Positions 29,897 to 38,983 of a DNA stretch of 64,000 bases are shown one piece after another. A program made the translations under genes and the position numbers. The stretch comes from Fibrobacterales bacterium (GTDB lineage: Bacteria > Fibrobacterota > Fibrobacteria > Fibrobacterales > JAOPTW01). Numbering within the stretch: position 1 is the stretch's first letter; each line of letters begins with the position of its first letter. The stretch is taken from contig JAOPTX010000007.1 of NCBI GenBank assembly GCA_051532055.1, forward strand, positions 173,212 through 237,211. The letters run 5' to 3'. The notes under the pieces were generated by a model. It was not told where the DNA came from. It saw only the letters and a program-made list of their open reading frames with translations, and did no database searches.

Positions 29897-31396
29897 TCAA
29901 TATATAAGTGGTAGACTAAAACAGATAGTTGTCCCTCTATCTGTCCCTTCACTCTTTGCCTCTATCGTACCCTTACATTCATGCGCTATGTTTGCTGCAT
30001 TATGAAGCCCAAAACCTGCACGCTCTTTTGTTGAGTACCCGAGTCCAAAAATAGTTGTCAGCTTTTCCTGATCAATACCAACCCCATTATCAGACACACA
30101 CGTATTTATTGATGCATCTATTACTTCAATATCAATCATGATTGACTTATCATGCGCTATCCCTTCAAGTGCTTCCATAGCGTTCACAATTAGTGCGTTC
30201 ATAATCACCGTAAAGCTACTCATATTGAGAGCAACAATACCATCACTTGAACTCTCAATTCGATACGCAATATCTCTTTGCTCTAACTCAAATACATGAA
30301 TATCCAGGACACTCTCCACACACTCTCGCAGTGTGATATCCTCACGAATATAGCTACTTAATCTACTTCTATCCTGCTCTTCAATAACCCCTTTCATTGT
30401 TTTAAGAAGCGACATTATTTGCTGAGTACTGTGTTGTGCAACTTGTAGTTCATCTTGTAGAGAGTCGTCAAGTGAAAGATAATACTCTGCAAGAGTTTTA
30501 CTTTTGGGATTATGGAGGATAAAATCCTCCAAATTACCAGCATGAGATTTTAAAAGCTCATTTGCCTGAAACAATTTTTGCAAAGAGTTATTGTTCAATA
30601 GATCATCAAGAGATTCAGCCCGCACCAAAAGACTATTAAGTATGTTCCCTTGGTTGTGAAGTATTGAAGTTACCACCTCATTACGTCCTTTAAAGTGTGC
30701 TGCATCTACGAGTTTTTCCTGTGCTTCTTTAAGAGCTAAGGTCCTTTGTTTAACCTTCTCTTCAAGATCCTCATTGAGGACTTGAACCTTTAATTGCTCT
30801 TCAAGTGCCTTTTCAAGTGCCCTATTGAATAACTTATAAATAGCTGTAGCAACTAGATACAACAGTACAATAGACAGTATTCCATCCCCTAAAAATTCTG
30901 CTGCAGTCCTTTCATTTAAAAAACCTTTTGTAAAAGCGTTCTTTGTATAAAGAACCAATGCACCTATGTTCGCCAAATAAAATAGTATTGAAAATAGTGC
31001 AATTGGATTTACAAAAATTGAAAGGAAAAGAAACACTAGCACAAACTGAAATGAATCTGCAGAGCTTAATATATCTGTTCCAATATTAAGCTCCATAAAT
31101 ATAATCAACCAAGCTACCACATTTGGAATAATGACGAACATGTATGATGTTACTTTAAATTTTCCAATCCTCAGTAACCATTGCATGATAAGTATTGCTA
31201 CAATACCATAGATAAACGGGATAAATATAGAGAGATCAGGGCTATTAGATACAATGGAATAATAAATTACAATAAGCGGTGTAACAACAAACAGGCCCAA
31301 AGAAAAAATATTTATCAACCGCGCTAAATGCCGCGTCCGATAATCTGCCCCATCATACACCCGAGGCACGCCAAAGAGTCGTTTATTCCATTTCAT
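29897..31396 (-). CDS. multi-TM sensor histidine kinase (about 6 TM N-terminus, coiled coil, HNxGN-type H-box, HATPase_c)
   Basis: The N-terminal ~190 aa are hydrophobic spans. Putative H-box VTSILHNQGNILNSL. N-box IVNAMEAL. G-boxes DNGVGI and GFGLHNAANIAHE. Confidence 0.75.
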   Translation of the reverse strand: MKWNKRLFGVPRVYDGADYRTRHLARLINIFSLGLFVVTPLIVIYYSIVSNSPDLSIFIPFIYGIVAILIMQWLLRIGKFKVTSYMFVIIPNVVAWLIIFMELNIGTDILSSADSFQFVLVFLFLSIFVNPIALFSILFYLANIGALVLYTKNAFTKGFLNERTAAEFLGDGILSIVLLYLVATAIYKLFNRALEKALEEQLKVQVLNEDLEEKVKQRTLALKEAQEKLVDAAHFKGRNEVVTSILHNQGNILNSLLVRAESLDDLLNNNSLQKLFQANELLKSHAGNLEDFILHNPKSKTLAEYYLSLDDSLQDELQVAQHSTQQIMSLLKTMKGVIEEQDRSRLSSYIREDITLRECVESVLDIHVFELEQRDIAYRIESSSDGIVALNMSSFTVIMNALIVNAMEALEGIAHDKSIMIDIEVIDASINTCVSDNGVGIDQEKLTTIFGLGYSTKERAGFGLHNAANIAHECKGTIEAKSEGTDRGTTICFSLPLIY

Positions 31397-31533
31397 TCAA
31401 TCTCAATTACAACACACTATTATATCATAAAAACAAAATGAATGCAAAAGCCACCCAGCTATGTTTAACTAAAATGTTAATGAATAATCAAGTAAAAGTA
31501 ATGTCTGCCCATAGGGCAAACGAACAAATACAA

Positions 31534-31636
31534 ATTTCGACAAAGAGTAGGTAGATTCAAGGCGGAGCAACCGCAGGCGTACAAATGGTACATCAAGAGA
31601 ACTCCAACATCTAAGATGCCTGCTCTTTGCCGAAAT
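31534..31636. other. ~100-nt structured intergenic element, copy A: 19-bp imperfect outer stem enclosing a conserved core, abutting the stop codon of the Omp85-like gene
   Basis: Arms are ATTTCGACAAAGAGTAGGT (31534-31552) and GCCTGCTCTTTGCCGAAAT (31618-31636). The core holds GATTCA and GCGTACAaatgGTAC. It is related to the element at 43195-43299. Confidence 0.4.
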
Positions 31637-31639
31637 GTA

Positions 31640-32776
31640 TTAGAAGGCTTCGCGGATGTAGACCGTCAAGCTCAGACCTGATTTTTGTACATACGAAATA
31701 TCAGCCCGTACATTGAACTTATTTTGAGGGTTGAGCGCCACCCGCCCCCCAAGGCCAATTGAGTAGAGGGTCTCACCCATTTTAAAATCTGACTCTTGCC
31801 CCCACACCTGAAAGGCTTCGGCAAAGGTAACCATCCCCAGGCGCCACCAAAGTTCGCGTCGATATTCAGCTCCAACACTTATGAGATTATTATCACGATA
31901 GCGCCCTGATTCAACGCCTCTCATCTCATACACACCATCAGGTGTGGCAAGGCTCCGAAACGGGATCGCATCTCCATAATTAACATGATTATGTACCATT
32001 GTTGCAATTGCTCCCGAAGAACCAACAGGAAAATATTTAGACGCTTTAAATCGGTATTTAAAGAAATTGAATTCACTACCAAAATTTTTATGGTACCCAA
32101 AGGTTTCTAGTTTGACATATTCACCTTCAGTAGCCCAATATTGATGATTTTTATTATCATACGTCATAATAAAACCAAAACCATTAGTACGGGCACCATG
32201 GCCACCAACTGTTGTTGGGTTATCAAGAATGCTCCCACTCTCTTTGGGGGTAATATCTTCCTCTGTGAACTCCATAGTTACTCCAGCATATAAACCGGGA
32301 AAAAATTCTTTTTCAAGTAAAAACTGAACACCATAATTGGTTGCATCAAAAGCAGTGGAATCTTCTTTGCCACTCATCCCTATGCCATAATAATTTGCAG
32401 GCCAGATGCTATAAAAGAAATATGTCTGCATGTGGTATGTTCCCCAATACATATCGGGCTTTGCAGAAACTTCCATCTGATTTTTTAGAGTGTAAAATGC
32501 AGCAGTCTCAACTGATGACGCATTATCATTCGGCTGTTCTGGTTTAAAAAAGTGTGCTGCAAAAACTCCTAACCGCCATGAGGTTTCTGTTGAAGAGACT
32601 ATTATTGGGAGGAGTGCCCATTTTTGAAATTCCTCCTCACTCTTCTCAAGTACTGAGTCTTCTTCACTCTCTTGTAGATTTACTTCAATAGTAACTCTAG
32701 TAGTATCATTTGTGGTTTGCGACCACCCCATTGAAATGAGACCCAGAATTACTCCGATACACCATTGATTCTTCAT
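31640..32776 (-). CDS. Omp85/BamA-superfamily outer-membrane beta-barrel without recognisable POTRA domains
   Basis: Signal peptide. L6-like motif YEMRGVESGRY followed by GMVTFAEAFQVWG. C-terminal ...IREAF. Starts 3 nt after the stop of the upstream J-domain gene. Confidence 0.65.
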   Translation of the reverse strand: MKNQWCIGVILGLISMGWSQTTNDTTRVTIEVNLQESEEDSVLEKSEEEFQKWALLPIIVSSTETSWRLGVFAAHFFKPEQPNDNASSVETAAFYTLKNQMEVSAKPDMYWGTYHMQTYFFYSIWPANYYGIGMSGKEDSTAFDATNYGVQFLLEKEFFPGLYAGVTMEFTEEDITPKESGSILDNPTTVGGHGARTNGFGFIMTYDNKNHQYWATEGEYVKLETFGYHKNFGSEFNFFKYRFKASKYFPVGSSGAIATMVHNHVNYGDAIPFRSLATPDGVYEMRGVESGRYRDNNLISVGAEYRRELWWRLGMVTFAEAFQVWGQESDFKMGETLYSIGLGGRVALNPQNKFNVRADISYVQKSGLSLTVYIREAF

Positions 32777-32779
32777 CTC

Positions 32780-33799
32780 TTAATCCTCAGTCTCATCAGG
32801 AAATTGTTCACGTAATTTATACAAACAATCTTGGAGTGAAGAACGAATCTCACCCACAGTTTTTTTCATAACCATACTTGCTGTTTGTTCAGGTTCTTCA
32901 TTGCGAAGTCCTTGACGTATTTTGCCATAGATCATATCATAGAGCTTATTGATCCGACTCTTCCAGTCACCGGTATAACTCCACTTCACTTTCAGCAAAT
33001 TCATATCTGACTTTTTCCATAATTTAACTGCTGTAGGAAAGGCAATATCAAGGATTGCCGAAATCAAAACAATATTTGGGTCATTAAACCCATTCTTCCG
33101 TTCACCAGAGTTTATATAAAACTCACATTCATCGCGGGTAAAGTATTTTTCAAGTAGGCCAAGCGCTTCCGCAGTCTCTTCCACATCACTTGAAAACACA
33201 GTAAAACCAGCGTCACAGTTACTATCCCAATCATTGGCAAAACGGGGTAACAATATACCCAGTTGTTGATGCATCAATTTAAAATGAGTAAACAAACAGA
33301 ATCTTCCATCAACAAATCGATCGAGGGTAAAAAACAGTCCATCAAGTTTCACATGCATCGACGAAGGTAAATCCCTCCCATGTTCTTGTTCATGAGATTT
33401 TTGTAGAAAAGCAAGAGCTCCCTTCCAATCAAACTCAGTTCGATCATGTGCGAATGAAGGAGCGCCAATCTCTTCATTACAGATAACACATACTTGAGGT
33501 GCTTCTGATGAGATATCAACTGAAAATGAATGACCACACTTCCGGCAGACAATATAAAATGAGTCCATGTTCCTATTGAGAAGCTTTGCATCATGCTCTA
33601 ATCTGAGTGCCGAATTACCCAGTGTGCGATACGCATCATTTATCAAAAGCATTTTACTCGATGCAATTTGCTTAATCTCAACACCCAGTGTTGCAACTTT
33701 GTCAGGGTGATACTGTTTGCTTTTATTTCGATAAGCTGTATGTATCTCATCCTGAATAGCATCAGACGCTATTCCCAATAGTTTATAGTAATCTACCAT
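32780..33799 (-). CDS. J-domain protein with a CxxC...CxxC zinc ribbon and an uncharacterised ~220-aa C-terminal domain
   Basis: J-domain YYKLLGIASDAIQDEIHTAYRNKSKQYHPDK. Zinc ribbon CRKCGHSF...CVICNEEI. The ATG at 33799 avoids the overlap with galE that the track ORF (to 33847) creates. Confidence 0.75.
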   Translation of the reverse strand: MVDYYKLLGIASDAIQDEIHTAYRNKSKQYHPDKVATLGVEIKQIASSKMLLINDAYRTLGNSALRLEHDAKLLNRNMDSFYIVCRKCGHSFSVDISSEAPQVCVICNEEIGAPSFAHDRTEFDWKGALAFLQKSHEQEHGRDLPSSMHVKLDGLFFTLDRFVDGRFCLFTHFKLMHQQLGILLPRFANDWDSNCDAGFTVFSSDVEETAEALGLLEKYFTRDECEFYINSGERKNGFNDPNIVLISAILDIAFPTAVKLWKKSDMNLLKVKWSYTGDWKSRINKLYDMIYGKIRQGLRNEEPEQTASMVMKKTVGEIRSSLQDCLYKLREQFPDETED

Positions 33800-33804
33800 A
33801 GTAC

Positions 33805-34800
33805 TCACGTATTTTTTACCACTCCATTTGCCAAGTATGCATTCCAAGTAGATTCTAAAAGAGTCTTCACATCACTACACTCTGCCTTCCAACCAAGAAG
33901 ATCAAATGCTTTCTGAGACGAAGCATACAGATCTGCAGGGTCGCCCGCGCGCCTTCCCACAATATCATAAGCAATATCTCGGCCTGTAATCTCTTTTGCG
34001 GTATTGATCATCTCAAGTACACTGACACCATTTCCAGTACCTAAATTTACCGTCAAACTTTTATTCTCTTTTTCAATATATTGAAGACTCATAACATGGG
34101 CACGAGCTAGGTCTGTTACATGGATATAATCACGAACACCAGTCCCATCAACCGTATCATAGTCATCACCAAATACCATTAATTTCTCACGCATACCCGC
34201 TGCAGCCTCCATCACCACAGGGAGTAAATTTGCGGGTCCTTTTTCAAGACCACTACATTCACCGGTCACATCATATCCTGCGGCATTAAAATAGCGGAGT
34301 GCTGCAAACCTCACCCCTTTAAGTTCGTCATACCACTTCATGAAACGTTCAATTTCGAGTTTCGTAAAACCGTAATAATTCTCAGGATTAGTAGGATGAT
34401 TTTCATCCATAGGGAGGTACTCAGGTGCACCATAAGTCGCTGCTGAAGATGAGAAAACAATCGCCTTAATACCACATTCAGAACAAGCATTTAAAATATT
34501 GACTGAACCTGTAATATTATTCACTGAATATTTTTCCGGAGCCTCCATTGACTCACCAGCAGCTTTCAATGCTGCAAGATGTATCACTGCATCAATTTTT
34601 TTACTCTTCATTGTCTCAACGAGTGTATCATAATCAAGAATATCAGCTTCAACGAGAGTTGAGTCACGAAGAATATTTGACTTAAAACCCGATGATAAAT
34701 TGTCGTATACTACAACGTTATATTCATTATCAAGAAGTTCTTTTGAAACATGTGAGCCAATATATCCTGCTCCGCCAATTACTAATACGTTTTTCATCAC
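33805..34800 (-). CDS. galE: UDP-glucose 4-epimerase
   Basis: Rossmann motif VIGGAGYIGSH, catalytic YGFTKLEIE (YxxxK); 331 aa. Confidence 0.9.
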   Translation of the reverse strand: MMKNVLVIGGAGYIGSHVSKELLDNEYNVVVYDNLSSGFKSNILRDSTLVEADILDYDTLVETMKSKKIDAVIHLAALKAAGESMEAPEKYSVNNITGSVNILNACSECGIKAIVFSSSAATYGAPEYLPMDENHPTNPENYYGFTKLEIERFMKWYDELKGVRFAALRYFNAAGYDVTGECSGLEKGPANLLPVVMEAAAGMREKLMVFGDDYDTVDGTGVRDYIHVTDLARAHVMSLQYIEKENKSLTVNLGTGNGVSVLEMINTAKEITGRDIAYDIVGRRAGDPADLYASSQKAFDLLGWKAECSDVKTLLESTWNAYLANGVVKNT

Positions 34801-34860
34801 TTACCTTATTGAGAGTAAGTTATACGCTATGTTACTTACCCATTTGGTTACATTTATACT

Positions 34861-35988
34861 ATGCAGTGTCCAAAATGTCATACTCAACAAACACAGAAGA
34901 GTCAAACCTGCTCATGCTGTGGTGCTCCACTCAATCCCTATCGTACCCTCATTGGGATAGTGGGGTTGGTAATTGCACTTGTCACCGCACTCTTTCTCTT
35001 AAATATGCATAATTCTATAGAGGAATACCCCAAATTTGCCCAAAAATTGCCTGATTCGGCAACAATTGACACAATTGATATGCACCAAGAGAGCATGACC
35101 AGGCTCTGGAATGCAGGAAATTATGAAGAAGCTTTTCAGCATGCACTCGCGGTACATCGTCACGATTCACTCAATGCTACTTCTCGCTACATTCAAGCAC
35201 TTTTTTGGTTTAAAACAGGGAATATTGATCGTTCCCTCAGAATATTCTCAACCATACAATCCGATACTATCTATAGTGACAATGCGCTCACTTGGATCAA
35301 TAAAATTAAACTTAAACAGGCTGAACGTGACAGACTCAGCCACTGTGCCTCTGAACATTTCTTTATCCGTTATGAGGGGTCAACTGCTTTTACCTATTGT
35401 GACACCCTTATCATTCTTTTTGAAAAGGCAGCAGCAACCCTTTCACAGGCCCTCAACTATTACCCTATGGATCCCTTTGAAGTGGTACTCTTTAATGATC
35501 CTATATTTAAAGGGCTGCACACTATTCCCGAGTGGGCTGCCGCTCACTTTGATGGAACCATTCGAATCCCCATCCAATCTCTCAATACCTATCCATCACT
35601 CAATACATTAGTCACTCACGAACTCACCCATGCTTATCTTTCACATATAAACCCTCTTATTCCCTCATGGATTCACGAAGGAACGGCTCAATATTTTGAT
35701 CAATCCGAGAGAGACTCAACAGTATTGACCACAATGACTTGGCCCACACCATCTACGATACAATTCTCATTTTCTACAGTGACTAAACATTCACCCATCT
35801 CCCTTCGGTACCACATCGCGGCCCAATTAATCACCACACTTTTTATTGACAACCCTATCCAACTCTTTAAGCCATTTCTCAAGGAGTACGATAAGGACGC
35901 CCCCAATGACGCCCTCAAAAAGCACTATGATATTACCTTTGAAAAGCTATATTCTGTAACACACGCTCGTTGGAGACTTAAAGAATGA
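34861..35988 (+). CDS. zinc-ribbon / single-TM / TPR-like / gluzincin (peptidase_MA-like, HExxH) protein
   Basis: N-terminal CPKC...CSCCG, a TM span (LIGIVGLVIALVTALFLL), then HELTHAYLSH followed by WIHEGTAQYF (third zinc ligand Glu). Confidence 0.65.
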   Translation: MQCPKCHTQQTQKSQTCSCCGAPLNPYRTLIGIVGLVIALVTALFLLNMHNSIEEYPKFAQKLPDSATIDTIDMHQESMTRLWNAGNYEEAFQHALAVHRHDSLNATSRYIQALFWFKTGNIDRSLRIFSTIQSDTIYSDNALTWINKIKLKQAERDRLSHCASEHFFIRYEGSTAFTYCDTLIILFEKAAATLSQALNYYPMDPFEVVLFNDPIFKGLHTIPEWAAAHFDGTIRIPIQSLNTYPSLNTLVTHELTHAYLSHINPLIPSWIHEGTAQYFDQSERDSTVLTTMTWPTPSTIQFSFSTVTKHSPISLRYHIAAQLITTLFIDNPIQLFKPFLKEYDKDAPNDALKKHYDITFEKLYSVTHARWRLKE

Positions 35989-37277
35989 CTGAAACAACTA
36001 TTGCAAAACTTCCCGAACATATCGACACCGAAATAACATTATTTGGTTGGGCATGGCATCAGCGCGGAAGTGGCAAAGTCCGATTCATAAAGGTTCGCGA
36101 TGGAAGCGGCTTTGTTCAAGCTGTCATTGGGAAAGAGGATGTGGGCGAAGCACTTTTTGAAGTTGCACGACATATTTCTCAGGAATCTTCTATTAAAGTT
36201 GTCGCTACTGTCGTTGCAAATGACCGAGACCCTCTTGGTGTTGAACTTCTCGTTTCACATATTGAAGTAATTAGCGAGTCCAAAGACTACCCTATTACCC
36301 CTAAAGAGCATGGTACCGATTTTTTAATGGACAATCGCCACCTTTGGCTCAGGTCTCCTCGTCAGCATGCCATCCTCCAAGTACGTCATCAGATTATCAC
36401 TTCAATTCGGAGCTATTTTGATACTGATGGATTCACCTTAGTTGATGCCCCTATTTTCACTCCAAATGCCTGTGAAGGAACCAGTACACTCTTCGAAACT
36501 GACTATTTTGGACAATCAGCCTACCTCTCTCAGAGCGGACAACTCTACATGGAAGCTGCAGCAATGGCAGTGGGAAAAGCTTATTGCCTTGGCCCAACCT
36601 TTAGAGCAGAAAATTCAAATACACGTCGTCACCTCACTGAATTCTGGATGGTTGAACCTGAAGTTGCCCATCTCGAGCTTGATGGCGATATGGATCTAGC
36701 TGAAGGTCTTTTACAAAAAATCATTACTGATGTTTTAGCCAACTGTGCCATCCAACTTGACACTCTTAAGCGAGACACTGATCTACTTAAAAAGAGCCTC
36801 ACCCCCTTTGCCCGTATCTCCTACGACGATGCAGTCGCCATTTTAAAAGCAGAAGGGATCGATTTTACTTGGGGCGCTGATTTTGGTGGCGGTGATGAAA
36901 CTGTTATCTCAAGTAAATTTGACACTCCTGTCATTGTACACCGCTACCCTGTGGACATCAAACCATTTTATATGAAAAAAGACCCTGAGAACTCTAAAGT
37001 ATGCCTTAATATGGATATCCTTGCGCCAGAAGGATATGGTGAAATTATCGGAGGTAGTGAACGTGAAGCATCTCTCGATGTACTTCTTGAAGGTATCAAA
37101 AAACATGATCTTGATCCTCAACTATTTGACTGGTATCTTGACCTCCGGAAATATGGTTCAGTCCCTCATGCCGGATTTGGCTTAGGAATTGAGCGTACCG
37201 TCGCATGGGTATGTGGCCTTTCTCATGTGAGAGAAACCATCCCCTTTCCTCGACTACCTCGAAGAATTCGCCCTTAA
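35985..37277 (+). CDS. asnS: asparagine--tRNA ligase (430-aa class IIb form)
   Basis: Class II motifs (FRAENSNTRRHLTEFWMVEPE; GGSEREA; WYLDLRKYGSVPHAGFGLGIERTVAW) and a C-terminal FPR. ATGA overlap with the upstream gene. Confidence 0.85.
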   Translation: MTETTIAKLPEHIDTEITLFGWAWHQRGSGKVRFIKVRDGSGFVQAVIGKEDVGEALFEVARHISQESSIKVVATVVANDRDPLGVELLVSHIEVISESKDYPITPKEHGTDFLMDNRHLWLRSPRQHAILQVRHQIITSIRSYFDTDGFTLVDAPIFTPNACEGTSTLFETDYFGQSAYLSQSGQLYMEAAAMAVGKAYCLGPTFRAENSNTRRHLTEFWMVEPEVAHLELDGDMDLAEGLLQKIITDVLANCAIQLDTLKRDTDLLKKSLTPFARISYDDAVAILKAEGIDFTWGADFGGGDETVISSKFDTPVIVHRYPVDIKPFYMKKDPENSKVCLNMDILAPEGYGEIIGGSEREASLDVLLEGIKKHDLDPQLFDWYLDLRKYGSVPHAGFGLGIERTVAWVCGLSHVRETIPFPRLPRRIRP

Positions 37278-37379
37278 ATTTCACATAAAAGTGGTTAATG
37301 TAAGCCATTTTTGAGCAATACAAGGCAATTAATAGCCTCTTTTCATTCATTTTGTTATTTTATATCCAACAGAATAACC

Positions 37380-37919
37380 ATGGTAAATCCAATGAAATTT
37401 ATTGTACTCCTTATTGCGGCACTCCTTACAACTACCGTGAGTGCACAACGTCTCCCTGTAGAAGTTACTGGACCTATTCCAGAAATTGATAAAAACGGCA
37501 TTGAGCAGGTAATGAATTTTAAAGTACCCCTTGCAGGTATTTCCGATCAAGGTCTCAAATTTGATACCTTCAAAAACCGCCCTCTCTTTATCTTCTACTT
37601 CTCAGCAAAATGTCCTCACTGTGTTAAAACATTCCCAAAAATTCAAAAAGTTTCTGACGAGTTTACCGCTAAAGGCCTTACTACTATTGCTGTAGCCGTA
37701 TCGGGTAATAAAAAGTCAGACATTAGATCATTCATGAGAGATGTTGGTGTACGCGTTCCTATGCTCCAAGATAAAGATCGTAAATTTTCTGATGCTTATG
37801 GAACAGGAAGTGTTCCTCTTGGTGTATTGGTACTCCCTGATGGACACTATATCCGCTACAAAAATATGGGCGCTGAAATCGAGCATTTGAAAAACAAACT
37901 CAACGACATTTTGAAATAA
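37380..37919 (+). CDS. secreted thioredoxin-fold thiol:disulfide oxidoreductase (TlpA/AhpC-TSA-like)
   Basis: Signal peptide (MVNPMKFIVLLIAALLTTTVSA) and CPHC active site (FSAKCPHCVKTFP). The track ORF extends to 37311 without support. Confidence 0.75.
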   Translation: MVNPMKFIVLLIAALLTTTVSAQRLPVEVTGPIPEIDKNGIEQVMNFKVPLAGISDQGLKFDTFKNRPLFIFYFSAKCPHCVKTFPKIQKVSDEFTAKGLTTIAVAVSGNKKSDIRSFMRDVGVRVPMLQDKDRKFSDAYGTGSVPLGVLVLPDGHYIRYKNMGAEIEHLKNKLNDILK

Positions 37920-37940
37920 CACTCCCACGAATTTTATCAT

Positions 37941-37971
37941 AAAATGCTGCTCTCAAAGGCGGCATTTTTTG
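37941..37971 (+). terminator. rho-independent terminator after the thioredoxin-like gene
   Basis: Stem ATGCTGC (37944-37950) pairs with GCGGCAT (37959-37965) with one G-U pair, 8-nt loop, then TTTTT. Confidence 0.7.
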
Positions 37972-37983
37972 TACCTGCACTTT

Positions 37984-38982
37984 ATGATCGTCAATACAAC
38001 ATTTACTAATCGAGTTTATCAACACCACCGTGGACTCTCCTTTGTCGAGATGCTCACCCTCCGTTTTACCTATCGAGATCGCGAATCATGGCTCGCACTG
38101 ATACATGACGAAATCGTTCTTCTCAATAACATACCTACCTCTCCCGACGCTATCGTTGCAACCGACGACTCGATCACCTACATTGTAAAAGACTACAATG
38201 AACCTGACGTCCCCACTGATTATGAAAAAATTTATGAAAATAATGATGTTGTACTTGTATGCAAGCCGCCGCAAGTACCCGTTCAACAAACCGGACGTAT
38301 TATCTATAATACCATGACTAATATATTGAGAAGGGATTTATCTAACAATGCAATTGTTCCCTTTCATCGCATAGATAGAGAAACCAGTGGCCTTATTCTT
38401 TTTGCCAAAAACAACCCTTTTTGTAAAGCACATCAAAAACATTTGAGTTCAATTCTCCACCGAAAATTTTATCTTGCCCTTGTTTCTGGCTCTATTAACT
38501 ACACTCATGAAAATATTTCACTTCCCCTGGGAATGCGTACCGATTCACCTATTCGCACCAAGATGTATCCCAATAGCGGCAAACAACAGATATCAGAAAG
38601 CACCTTTCACACCATTGCTCAATCTGATACCCACTCGTTACTTCTCGTTGAAATTAAGACAGGGAGAAAGCATCAAATCAGAGCACAATGTGAATATCTT
38701 GGGCATTCTATAATTGGTGATAAAATATATTCACACAATGGATCGTACTATCTCAATTATGTAAATCGTGACTTAGAACAAGACGAGATAGAGACCCTGG
38801 GAAGTAGCAGACTCTTACTCCATTCATTTGCACTCGATCTCCATCTACCTTATCTCGAACCACAACTTTTCACCTCTACTAAAACCTGCAGTGAATTTGA
38901 AAAGTACTGTGATTCATTTAATAACTGGAAAGAGATCGCAACACAACGAGTCTTAGAGTTGTGTTCAGATAACGAGTGTTGA
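37984..38982 (+). CDS. RluA-family pseudouridine synthase
   Basis: Catalytic motif HRIDRETSGLILFAK and downstream GRKHQIR. The ATG at 37984 lies just past the terminator; the track ORF uses a TTG at 37969. Confidence 0.8.
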   Translation: MIVNTTFTNRVYQHHRGLSFVEMLTLRFTYRDRESWLALIHDEIVLLNNIPTSPDAIVATDDSITYIVKDYNEPDVPTDYEKIYENNDVVLVCKPPQVPVQQTGRIIYNTMTNILRRDLSNNAIVPFHRIDRETSGLILFAKNNPFCKAHQKHLSSILHRKFYLALVSGSINYTHENISLPLGMRTDSPIRTKMYPNSGKQQISESTFHTIAQSDTHSLLLVEIKTGRKHQIRAQCEYLGHSIIGDKIYSHNGSYYLNYVNRDLEQDEIETLGSSRLLLHSFALDLHLPYLEPQLFTSTKTCSEFEKYCDSFNNWKEIATQRVLELCSDNEC

Positions 38983-38983
38983 T

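Noticed and set aside
35111-35611. 166-aa alternative-frame ORF inside the zinc-ribbon/gluzincin gene. Similar embedded ORFs: 56611-57027 (138 aa), 42258-42635, 42457-42822, 48553-48870, 62449-62775 and 60042-60365.
   Set aside because: They overlap better-supported genes (HExxH protein, Asp-rich lipoprotein, hemA, thiC, BNR protein, CBM48/O-antigen ligase region). They have no independent start signals or recognisable domains.
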